From NCBI GenBank assembly GCA_905479915.1, contig CAJQOH010000003.1, positions 56,546 through 120,545 on the forward strand: a DNA stretch of 64,000 bases. The letters run 5' to 3'. Below are positions 28,249-36,872 of this stretch, piece by piece. This stretch comes from an uncultured Flavobacteriales bacterium. Lineage in GTDB: Bacteria; Bacteroidota; Bacteroidia; Flavobacteriales_E; Vicingaceae. The first letter of the stretch is position 1. Each line of letters begins with the position of its first letter. A program made the translations under genes and the position numbers. Below the pieces are notes generated by a model. That model saw only the letters and a program-made list of their open reading frames with translations. It made no database searches and was not told where the DNA came from.

Positions 28249-29003
28249 TGGAAGTATTAGCAATAACACAAGCTCGTTCTGGTTCAACAAGGTTGCCGAA
28301 CAAAGTATTAAAAACTATTGGTAACCATACACTTTTAGAAATTCATTTAGAAAGGATTCAAAAATCATCCAAAATTGATGAACTTTTAGTAGCTACAACA
28401 GTGGATGAGTTGGATACGAGAATTGTAGAAATTGCTAAAAATAATGGCCTTCCTTTTTATCAAGGAAGTATTGATAATGTGTTGGATCGTTTTTATCAAG
28501 GAGCAAAAGAATTTCAACCTAAATGGGTGGTAAGATTAACTTCAGATTGTCCTTTAATTGATGCAAATTTAATCGATGCGATTATTGATTATGCAATGGA
28601 GAAAGATTTGGATTACTGTTCAAATACTTTAAATCCTACTTTTCCAGATGGTATGGATATAGAGGTGTTTAAGTTTTCGGCTTTAGAAAAAGCATGGAAT
28701 GAAGCAACGTTAGATTCTGAAAAAGAACATGTTACTCCTTATATTCATAAAAACTCTACCTTTAATGGTTTAGATTTGTTTTCATCAAGTAATTATGAGA
28801 ACAATGAAAATTATGGAAATGTAAGGTTAACGGTTGATGAACCAGCAGATTTTGAAGTTGTAAAACTGGTTATAGAAAAATTAGGCTTAGATAAAACTTG
28901 GAAAGAATACACTGATTTTTATATTTCAAATAAAGAAATAAGTGGTTTAAATAGTAGTGCAGAGAGAAATGAAGGGTATGAAAAATCATTAAAAGAAGAC
29001 TAA
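28248..29003 (+). CDS. SpsF/FlmC-type cytidylyltransferase (putative CMP-nonulosonate synthetase role)
   Basis: 'AITQARSGSTRLPNKVL' is the SpsF-type nucleotidyltransferase N terminus. The ATG at 28248 overlaps the AKR stop (TAATG). Confidence 0.72.
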   Translation: MEVLAITQARSGSTRLPNKVLKTIGNHTLLEIHLERIQKSSKIDELLVATTVDELDTRIVEIAKNNGLPFYQGSIDNVLDRFYQGAKEFQPKWVVRLTSDCPLIDANLIDAIIDYAMEKDLDYCSNTLNPTFPDGMDIEVFKFSALEKAWNEATLDSEKEHVTPYIHKNSTFNGLDLFSSSNYENNENYGNVRLTVDEPADFEVVKLVIEKLGLDKTWKEYTDFYISNKEISGLNSSAERNEGYEKSLKED

Positions 29004-29004
29004 C

Positions 29005-30294
29005 ATGGGTGAAAGGTATAAAAATTCAGAGGCTTTATTAGAGCGAGCATTAAAAACTGTTCCTTTAGGATCTCAAACATTTAGTAAAAGTATAACTCAA
29101 CTGCCTCATGGTATTTCTCCTTATTTTGCTGAAAGAGGAGAAGGAGCTTATTTGTTTGATGTTGATGGAAATAGGTATACAGATTTTATGAATAGCTTAC
29201 TGTCAATCACATTAGGTTATAATGATAAGGATGTTGTTGATGCAGTTAAAGCACAATTGGATAAAGGAACTATTTTTTCATTAGCATCAGAGTTAGAGGT
29301 TCAAGTAGCAGAAAAAATCTGTGAAATGGTTCCCTGCGCTGAGATGGTAAGGTTTGGTAAAAATGGTTCAGATGCTACTGCAGGAGCAATAAGAGTAGCA
29401 AGAGCTTACACTAAAAAAGAACACGTTTTAGTATGCGGTTATCATGGTTGGCAAGATTGGTATATTGGAAGTACACCACGTAATTTAGGTGTTCCAAAAT
29501 CTACTTCTGACCTAACACATACTTTTAATTACAATGATATTGATTCTTTAGAAAAACTTTTAAAAGAGTTTGAAGGAGATGTTGCAGCGGTAATCTTGGA
29601 GCCTGTTAATGTTTTTCCACCAGAAGATAATTTTCTTCAAAAGGTAAAAGATTTAACACACCAACACAATGCAGTTTTAGTTTTTGATGAGACCATTACA
29701 GGGTTTAGGTATGCTAATGGAGGAGCGCAAGAGTTGTTTGGGGTAACACCAGATTTAGCAACCTTTGGTAAAGGATTGGCTAATGGTTATCCTGTATCGG
29801 CTGTAGCAGGAAAGAGAGAAATAATGAAATTAATGGAAGAAATATTCTTCTCGTTTACTTTTGGAGGAGAAACACTGTCTCTTGCCGCGTCATTAGCAAC
29901 ATTAAATAAATTACAAAACGGACCTATTTTAGAAACCATCAAAGAAACAGGCAGGTATCTAATGGATTCGCTTTCAAAGAAAATTTTGGAACATAAATTG
30001 GGTCATATTTTTTCTGTAGAAGGTTATCCAGTATGGTCCTTTATTATTGCAAAAGATACCGATTATGCTACGATGTGGGAAATTAAAACATTGATGCAAC
30101 AAGAAATGTTGGAAAATGGAATGTTTATGATTGGTACGCACAATATGAGTTATGCGCATACCAAAGAAGATGTAGATAACTTGATGGAAGTATATGAATC
30201 GTTTTTCATAAAGATGAAGCAAGTAGAAGAAGCTAAAAATTTAAACCAATTTTTGAAGAGTAAACCATTGGTTAACTTATTTAAAGTTAGATAA
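29005..30294 (+). CDS. Class III aminotransferase (glutamate-1-semialdehyde 2,1-aminomutase-like)
   Basis: 'GSDATAGAIRVARAYT', 'FDE..TGFR' and 'FGKGLANGYP' (PLP lysine) are class III / GSA-AT signatures. Confidence 0.85.
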   Translation: MGERYKNSEALLERALKTVPLGSQTFSKSITQLPHGISPYFAERGEGAYLFDVDGNRYTDFMNSLLSITLGYNDKDVVDAVKAQLDKGTIFSLASELEVQVAEKICEMVPCAEMVRFGKNGSDATAGAIRVARAYTKKEHVLVCGYHGWQDWYIGSTPRNLGVPKSTSDLTHTFNYNDIDSLEKLLKEFEGDVAAVILEPVNVFPPEDNFLQKVKDLTHQHNAVLVFDETITGFRYANGGAQELFGVTPDLATFGKGLANGYPVSAVAGKREIMKLMEEIFFSFTFGGETLSLAASLATLNKLQNGPILETIKETGRYLMDSLSKKILEHKLGHIFSVEGYPVWSFIIAKDTDYATMWEIKTLMQQEMLENGMFMIGTHNMSYAHTKEDVDNLMEVYESFFIKMKQVEEAKNLNQFLKSKPLVNLFKVR

Positions 30295-30297
30295 GAA

Positions 30298-30855
30298 ATG
30301 AATTCTTATAAGATATTAAATAGCCAAATATTTTCTCAGAACAATTTTAAAATTGTTCCTATTCGTTATGAAGATAGGTTAGCAATTTTAAAATGGAGAA
30401 ATGAGCAAATTTTTCATTTACGTCAACCAAAACTGCTAACAGAGCAAGATCAAGAACATTATTTTTCGAAAGTTGTTGCTCAATTATTTGAACAAGAAAA
30501 CCCCAATCAATTGTTATTCTCTTACTTAGAAAATGATGTATGCATTGGTTATGGAGGTTTAGTTCACATCAATTGGGTTGATAAAAATGCTGAAATATCA
30601 TTTATAATGAATACCGAATTAGAGGCTGAAAAATTTGAATTCCATTGGTCTACTTATTTAGGTTTAATTGAACAATTGGCGTTTAACGAGTTGTCTTTTC
30701 ATAAAATATTTACGTATGCTTTTGATTTAAGACCTCATTTATATACTGTTTTAGAGAAAAATAATTATCAAAAAGAAGCAGTATTTAAAGAACATTGTTT
30801 GTTTGAAGGAGAGTTTAAAGATGTGATCATACATTCTAAAATAAATAGATCTTAA
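30298..30855 (+). CDS. pseH: PseH-like GNAT N-acetyltransferase (UDP-4-amino-4,6-dideoxy-N-acetyl-beta-L-altrosamine N-acetyltransferase)
   Basis: Its ~185-aa size, 'R.....D...IL.WRN' N terminus and GNAT core match the PseH family pattern. It lies between pseC and pseI. Confidence 0.7.
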   Translation: MNSYKILNSQIFSQNNFKIVPIRYEDRLAILKWRNEQIFHLRQPKLLTEQDQEHYFSKVVAQLFEQENPNQLLFSYLENDVCIGYGGLVHINWVDKNAEISFIMNTELEAEKFEFHWSTYLGLIEQLAFNELSFHKIFTYAFDLRPHLYTVLEKNNYQKEAVFKEHCLFEGEFKDVIIHSKINRS

Positions 30856-31319
30856 TGGTTGATGTGCTTAAAATAAGAAGTGCTAGAGCTGAAGATGTAG
30901 ATTTACTTTACAAATGGTCTAATGATGAATTGGTAAGAGCACAATCTTTTTCTTCAGAGGTAATTCCTTATGAAACACATTGCAATTGGTTCAAACAAAA
31001 GTTGGTAGATGCTAAATCAACGCTATTAATAATAGAAATAGATGAAGTTCCTGCCGGTATAGTTAGGTTTGATGAAAAAGAGGATGGAGCAGTAATCGGA
31101 GTTTCTATTGATAAAGATTTTAGGGGAAAAGGATTGGGAAGTAAATTTATTAAAGTTGGCGTAGAAGAATTTTTCAAAGAATCAGACTTAACAGTCTTAG
31201 CTTCTATTAAAAAAGAAAATATAGCTTCAGTTAAATCATTCAAGAATGCAGGATTTAGCTTGTTTAAGGAAGAAGAAATTAATGGAATTGAAAGTTTTAT
31301 TTATCAAATTGTAAAGTAA
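30855..31319 (+). CDS. GNAT-family N-acetyltransferase (second copy)
   Basis: 'RGKGLGSKFI' is an acetyl-CoA binding motif. Its ends overlap both neighbours by 1 nt, suggesting translational coupling. Confidence 0.8.
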   Translation: MVDVLKIRSARAEDVDLLYKWSNDELVRAQSFSSEVIPYETHCNWFKQKLVDAKSTLLIIEIDEVPAGIVRFDEKEDGAVIGVSIDKDFRGKGLGSKFIKVGVEEFFKESDLTVLASIKKENIASVKSFKNAGFSLFKEEEINGIESFIYQIVK

Positions 31320-32350
31320 TGGGGAGCTTTTTAGAGAATGACAACTGTTTTATTATTGCAGAACTCTCAGCCAATCATGGTGGAGATATTGAAATTGCGA
31401 AAGAAACTGTAAGAGCAGCAAAAAGAGCTGGAGCTGATGCAATTAAATTACAAACCTATACTGCAGACACAATTACTTTAAAAGTAGATAATCCTGACTT
31501 TAAAATAAGCCAAGGGACTCATTGGGATGGACAATATTTATATGATTTATACAAAGAAGCATCTTTACCTTGGGAATGGCATAAAGAGTTGTTTGATCTT
31601 GCGAAAGAAGAAGGTTTAGCCTGTTTTTCATCTCCTTTCGATACAGCTGCCGTTGATTTTTTAGAAGAATTGGGCAACCCAATCTACAAAGTAGCTTCAT
31701 TTGAAATAACGGATATTCCTTTAATTGAATACATTGCTTCTAAAGGAAAACCTGTTATAATTTCTACAGGAATAGCAGATGTTACGGACATTGAATTGGC
31801 CATTGAAGCATGTAAAAGAGTAGGGAACAATCAAATCACTATTTTAAAATGTACATCAGCTTACCCGGCTTTAGATGAAGATGCTAATCTTTTAACCATT
31901 CCTGATATTGCCAAAAAATTTGATGTAAGCTCTGGATTGTCTGACCATACATTAGGAATTGAAGGACCAGTTGTAGCTGTTGTTTTAGGAGCTAAAGTGA
32001 TTGAAAAACATTTTATACTGAATAAAGAAATTGGTGGTCCAGATGCTCATTTCTCTTTGGATGAAAAAGAATTTTCTGAAATGGTTGATGCGGTTAGAAA
32101 AGCTGAGAAAATGATGGGAAAGGTTGATTATGAAATGACAGAGAAAAAGAAACAAAGTAGAGAGTTTTCAAGATCGCTTTACATTTCTGATACTGTTAAA
32201 GAGGGGGATATCATCTCAAAAGAGAATGTACGTTCAGTTAGACCAGGTTTTGGTATGCATCCTAAGCATTACAATGATGTTTTAGGAAAGACACTTAATA
32301 AAGATTTAGAAAAAGGAACTCCTTTAAATTGGGATCACATTAATAAATAG
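31319..32350 (+). CDS. pseI: Pseudaminic acid synthase (NeuB family)
   Basis: 'IIAELSANHGGD...A......A.GADAIKLQTY', 'YKVASFEITD', 'ISTG' and a C-terminal SAF domain (..VRSVRPG.G..P). Confidence 0.88.
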   Translation: MGSFLENDNCFIIAELSANHGGDIEIAKETVRAAKRAGADAIKLQTYTADTITLKVDNPDFKISQGTHWDGQYLYDLYKEASLPWEWHKELFDLAKEEGLACFSSPFDTAAVDFLEELGNPIYKVASFEITDIPLIEYIASKGKPVIISTGIADVTDIELAIEACKRVGNNQITILKCTSAYPALDEDANLLTIPDIAKKFDVSSGLSDHTLGIEGPVVAVVLGAKVIEKHFILNKEIGGPDAHFSLDEKEFSEMVDAVRKAEKMMGKVDYEMTEKKKQSREFSRSLYISDTVKEGDIISKENVRSVRPGFGMHPKHYNDVLGKTLNKDLEKGTPLNWDHINK

Positions 32351-32359
32351 GAGAGTAGC

Positions 32360-34117
32360 GTGTTAATTGTATTAAACAAAAATAGCCAGAAGCTTAATCT
32401 TGATTTTCAGAACATAGAAATCACGGAGAATGTTATTGAAACGGATGGTTATACGTATTTTCTTGATGCAAATATTGTTGATAAAACAAGCGTAATTAAT
32501 CAACTAAACACTCAAAATTCATTAATCACTTATTCAGAAATAGATCTTTTACTAAATGGTAATTTCTTTGTTGTAATTTTTGATAAAAGCAAAGAAGAAT
32601 TAACCGTTTATAGAGATAAATCAGGAATAAAATCAGGTTATTTTTCTCATAAGAATGATGAAATAGTTATAGGAACAAATGTTCATGATGTTGCTCGAAA
32701 ATCGAGTGTAACTGGGTTTAATAAGCACTCGATATACAAATATATTTATGGTGACTTTTTGTTTAATGGTGAAACCTTTTATGAAGGAATAGCCGAGTTT
32801 AAAAGAGGGATTCACTCTTCATTTGATAGCAATCTTAGCCTTATATCTGAGGAATTATCAGATCTTGAATTGTCTTATTCGGAAAATAAGTTATCAGAAG
32901 AAGAAAACATTAAACAGTTACGAGAAGAAATAGATATTGCACATAAGGGGTATTTGTGTGATAAAAACAATATCTTATTATCGGGGGGTATAGATTCTGT
33001 GGCAATGCTAATTGCTTTGGATGATATTACCACTAAGGATAAAATTCATTCAATATCTTATAGGGTTAAAGATACTGTAGAGGATGAAACGTATTATGCA
33101 CAAAGTATTGCAGACCATTTAGAGTTGCCAATTGAAATAAAGGAGGTTGATCCGAAAAGTGCTTCAAATTATAAATCTTTTGAGGAACGTATTTTAAAAA
33201 TGAACAATCCCTATGTAGGGATGTGGATTTTTGGAAATTTTAAAGGTACTCCGGATGAAATGTTCTATGCTGGACAAGATACTAGGTTGCACACTCCATC
33301 GGTTAATCCAATAGACAAAATAGCGTTTAGTTTAGTTGGGGTAAAAAACAATGTATTTGTTCTTCTGTTAGCTAAAGTAGCATCCTTTTTTAGGATGATA
33401 ATCACCTTATTTAATTATAAAGGTAACCGGTATTTAAGAGAGTTGTATAAGTTGTCTTTTGTATTTAATGTAGAGCAATATATTTCTAAATATTACTTTA
33501 GGTTGGATAAGGAAGCATTTAAACAATATAATTTCCCAGATGTAGTTTTTGAAGAATTAGAAGCTTATTTTAAATTGGATTATAATGAGATTAAATCGCC
33601 TAGAGCTCTATATAATAAGGTTGTAGAATTAAAATGGAGTGAACAATACATAAATGATATTCGATACTTACAAGATATCGCAAAATTGAACAGTACTTAC
33701 ATTGCAATGCCTTTTTATTTAGAACGTATTGCACAATTTTCGGCAACAATACCTTTCAACTTATCAATACGAAGTATGATTGGTAGGGGAAGATTTAGTG
33801 ATAAAAAGAGGATAGTAAAAAAGTACATGCTGCGTCAATCACTTAAAGATAAAATGAATGATACCGTTTATTATAGAGCAAAAGCAGTATCATCAACAAT
33901 GTATTTAATGTTTAATGGTGTGTTGGGAGATTTAATTCGAGAAGAGTTAAAAAACGATTTAAAAAGCGATCGATCATTTATCAATCAATTTAAACTGAAT
34001 TCATTCATTGATCAATTTCTGAATTCTTCAGATTTTGAAGTTTCAGATGAAGGGTATTTATTGAAAATTTATCAAATAGGAACATTAGCAATTTACAATA
34101 GAACCGTATTAAAATAA
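32360..34117 (+). CDS. Asparagine synthase (AsnB)-like PP-loop amidotransferase lacking the N-terminal Cys nucleophile
   Basis: 'LLSGGIDSV' is a PP-loop (SGGxDS). 'VYRDKSGIKSGYF' resembles the AsnB N-domain. The predicted N terminus (GTG start, MLIVLNK) has no Cys2. Confidence 0.7.
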   Translation: MLIVLNKNSQKLNLDFQNIEITENVIETDGYTYFLDANIVDKTSVINQLNTQNSLITYSEIDLLLNGNFFVVIFDKSKEELTVYRDKSGIKSGYFSHKNDEIVIGTNVHDVARKSSVTGFNKHSIYKYIYGDFLFNGETFYEGIAEFKRGIHSSFDSNLSLISEELSDLELSYSENKLSEEENIKQLREEIDIAHKGYLCDKNNILLSGGIDSVAMLIALDDITTKDKIHSISYRVKDTVEDETYYAQSIADHLELPIEIKEVDPKSASNYKSFEERILKMNNPYVGMWIFGNFKGTPDEMFYAGQDTRLHTPSVNPIDKIAFSLVGVKNNVFVLLLAKVASFFRMIITLFNYKGNRYLRELYKLSFVFNVEQYISKYYFRLDKEAFKQYNFPDVVFEELEAYFKLDYNEIKSPRALYNKVVELKWSEQYINDIRYLQDIAKLNSTYIAMPFYLERIAQFSATIPFNLSIRSMIGRGRFSDKKRIVKKYMLRQSLKDKMNDTVYYRAKAVSSTMYLMFNGVLGDLIREELKNDLKSDRSFINQFKLNSFIDQFLNSSDFEVSDEGYLLKIYQIGTLAIYNRTVLK

Positions 34118-34121
34118 TATC

Positions 34122-34949
34122 ATGACTATTAATAAGTTTCAAATAATTAGAAAGATTGCTGTTATCAATATATTGAGACCTATAGCCATCAAATTTTATA
34201 GTTTAACATCAAAATCGAATCATCAACCATATGAGGATACAGTTTTCCCTCAATTGGATGTAACCAAAGAGTTAAAAGAGATAAAAGAGAATGGGTACTC
34301 TATTGGAATAGGTTTGTCTGAAGATATTCTTCAAGAGGTTTTGACTTTTTGTGAAGAGAATGAAGCGTGTATTGATAGAGATAGAAACGATAGAATTAAG
34401 ATTTCTATGACTGATGATACACAACCATCAAAAGGAACTGTATATAGTTATACCAATACTTATAAGAATTGTGAGGCGGTAAGAAAAATCGCTCATGATC
34501 CTAAGGTGTTGGAGATAGCAAAGAAATATTTAGGCTGTGAACCAAAGTTTATTGGAAGTCAAATTTGGTGGTCTTACCCTCATTTAGATGAATCAGGAAA
34601 ACAAACAAAAACGCCTCTTTATGGGTATCATTATGATATTGATGATTTAAAGTTTTTAAAAGTTTTCTTTTATTTAAATGATGTTGATGAGGATAGAGGC
34701 CCACATGTTATTATTGGTAACACACATAAGAAGAAGAACTATTTTGAAATAAGGAATAGGAGATTGGCAGATGATGTGGCTCAAGAAAAATATGGCAATC
34801 AAATTAAAGTGATAAAAGGAAAAGCTGGAGAAGGTTTTTTTGAAGATACTTTCTGTTACCACAAAGGAACCCATCCAAATAAAAGAAGGCTGTTGTTACA
34901 GTTTGAATTTGCGATCAATGATTTTGGTCATCAAAATGATGATAACTAG
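34122..34949 (+). CDS. PhyH-like Fe(II)/2-oxoglutarate dioxygenase
   Basis: 'YHYDID' (HxD), 'GPHVIIGNTH' and a distal 'CYHKGTH' fit the phytanoyl-CoA dioxygenase-type facial triad. Confidence 0.6.
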   Translation: MTINKFQIIRKIAVINILRPIAIKFYSLTSKSNHQPYEDTVFPQLDVTKELKEIKENGYSIGIGLSEDILQEVLTFCEENEACIDRDRNDRIKISMTDDTQPSKGTVYSYTNTYKNCEAVRKIAHDPKVLEIAKKYLGCEPKFIGSQIWWSYPHLDESGKQTKTPLYGYHYDIDDLKFLKVFFYLNDVDEDRGPHVIIGNTHKKKNYFEIRNRRLADDVAQEKYGNQIKVIKGKAGEGFFEDTFCYHKGTHPNKRRLLLQFEFAINDFGHQNDDN

Positions 34950-34959
34950 ATAATTAGAC

Positions 34960-36201
34960 TTGAAAAAAGCAAGCGAAATATATAAAAATAACAAAGGTCT
35001 ATTTAGCTTTATAGGCTTAAGTTATTTTGATAAAATGGTAATATTTTTATTACCATTGGCTGTACTTACCCTTTTTGAAGATAAAACAGTTTATGTAAAT
35101 ATAGAGTACATTTATTCTATTGTTGTAGTTGCAGTTCCGTTTTTAGATTTAGGACTAGGAGGTTATTTCTTTTATGCCTACCGAAACAATGACAGACCAC
35201 GAGAAGTTGTATCGAGTTTATTGAAAACATTTCATATCATTTACATTGCAGTTTTTGTAATTGGCCTCTGTTTGATAGGTATTCATTACTTTATTTATCC
35301 TTATGAGGATCATATCGTTTATATTGTTTTTAGATCAGTTTTTATTTTAACCTTTACTTTTCTTACGTCTTATTACAGGTTAGTGAATAAGCCTCAAAAG
35401 GCACTTTTTGTAACAATATTTGCAAATATTTTATCATTATCCTTTCTGTTTTTCTATTTCTTTTCAGGGTCAGAGTTTAGTTTGTGGCTTGTTTTTATTG
35501 GACAGATTATTTTCTGTATTGCTTACTTTTTCAGGATCTTAAAGAGAATTGCTGTAAAGTGGGTGAGGTCATATAAAGAGCTTGAAGTAGTCAATATTTT
35601 ACGAAAATCAATATTGTTTTCTTGGCCAACAATTCTTCAAGTTTTTATCTTAATGTATGTAGGAAATTATGGTAAAATAAATGCTTTAGAAAAATTATCC
35701 GTAGATGAAGGAGTGTTGTTGTCATTGGCACAAAGGTTTAGTATGTTGATACAGCTTACCCATGGAGCGATTATCGGATTTTTAATGAAAGAATTGTTTA
35801 TTTCTGGAGATTTGTTGGTTATTCAGAGAGGTGTATTCTTAAAGTATATTGGGTTATTGATGACGTCAGTATTGGGAGTTGTTTGTATAATTATGGGGTA
35901 TATTTATTTTTTTGGAAACGATTATGAGTTGAATTTTTTAATTCAGATTGTAAGTTTAATTATTGGATATACTTTCTTTTGGTGTGTCTTTTCATACTTT
36001 GAAATTTATTACAGCAGAGAGAATAAGAATATTATTAAACTATACTTGGCACTTATTAATGGAGCTTCATTTGTATTGATATTTAATCTCTTAGAAATGG
36101 GTTATTTAGAACGAATTACTTTGTCTATGTTTGCAAGTACTTTATTAACATTGATTACAAGCTTTATTATTCTTAGAAGCAGAGGGTATAAGCTAAAATA
36201 G
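34960..36201 (+). CDS. Polysaccharide flippase-like (Wzx/MOP-type) membrane protein
   Basis: 413 aa with about 12 TM helices, inside the glycan locus. A TTG start is assumed, with an alternative ATG at 35035. Confidence 0.55.
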   Translation: MKKASEIYKNNKGLFSFIGLSYFDKMVIFLLPLAVLTLFEDKTVYVNIEYIYSIVVVAVPFLDLGLGGYFFYAYRNNDRPREVVSSLLKTFHIIYIAVFVIGLCLIGIHYFIYPYEDHIVYIVFRSVFILTFTFLTSYYRLVNKPQKALFVTIFANILSLSFLFFYFFSGSEFSLWLVFIGQIIFCIAYFFRILKRIAVKWVRSYKELEVVNILRKSILFSWPTILQVFILMYVGNYGKINALEKLSVDEGVLLSLAQRFSMLIQLTHGAIIGFLMKELFISGDLLVIQRGVFLKYIGLLMTSVLGVVCIIMGYIYFFGNDYELNFLIQIVSLIIGYTFFWCVFSYFEIYYSRENKNIIKLYLALINGASFVLIFNLLEMGYLERITLSMFASTLLTLITSFIILRSRGYKLK

Positions 36202-36205
36202 ACAG

Positions 36206-36850
36206 ATGAAAAAGATTCTATCCTTACTCATATCGTTAATCCCATTTAATGTTTTTCGGGTATTATTTTTAAGAGTTTTTTGTGGGTATAAAATTGACTT
36301 CAAATCTAAAGTAGGTATGTTTAACATAATTACTTCAAAAGATTTTAGTATGACCAATTCAAAAATTGGGAGATTTAATTATATCGATGCTAAAACAGTT
36401 ACTATTAATGGTGCACTAATTAATAAGTTTAATAGAATTAAGCATCTAAATAGTTTAAGCTTAGAAGATCGAAGTATGATTTTTAGTAGCAATTTTATTG
36501 GTGGAAGTAGAGAATTGAAAAATCTTGAAAATCAAAACCTTTCCTTAGGAGTAGATTCAGAAATATTAAGAGGCAATTATTTTGATGTAACCAATACAAT
36601 AGTGGTTGGGAATAATGTAGTTTTTGGTGGTAACGGAAGTGAGATCTGGACACATGGTTATGATACAGATAGAAATATGTTGTCAGGAAAAGTTATTTTC
36701 GAAAATGACATTTTTATTGGGAGTAAATGTATTTTTACAAAAGGAATAGAGGTAGTAAGTAATACAACAATAGGTCCTGGATCTGTTGTGTATAAGAGTA
36801 TTACAGAAAGCGGGCTTTATTCCTCACAACAATTAGTAAAGATTAAGTAA
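36206..36850 (+). CDS. Left-handed beta-helix (hexapeptide-repeat) acyltransferase-like protein
   Basis: 'VVGNNVVFGGNGSEIWTHG...IFIGSKCIFTKGIEVVSNTTIGPGSVV' shows hexapeptide periodicity. Confidence 0.55.
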   Translation: MKKILSLLISLIPFNVFRVLFLRVFCGYKIDFKSKVGMFNIITSKDFSMTNSKIGRFNYIDAKTVTINGALINKFNRIKHLNSLSLEDRSMIFSSNFIGGSRELKNLENQNLSLGVDSEILRGNYFDVTNTIVVGNNVVFGGNGSEIWTHGYDTDRNMLSGKVIFENDIFIGSKCIFTKGIEVVSNTTIGPGSVVYKSITESGLYSSQQLVKIK

Positions 36851-36872
36851 TAAAGAGTCAATTTTATCAAAG

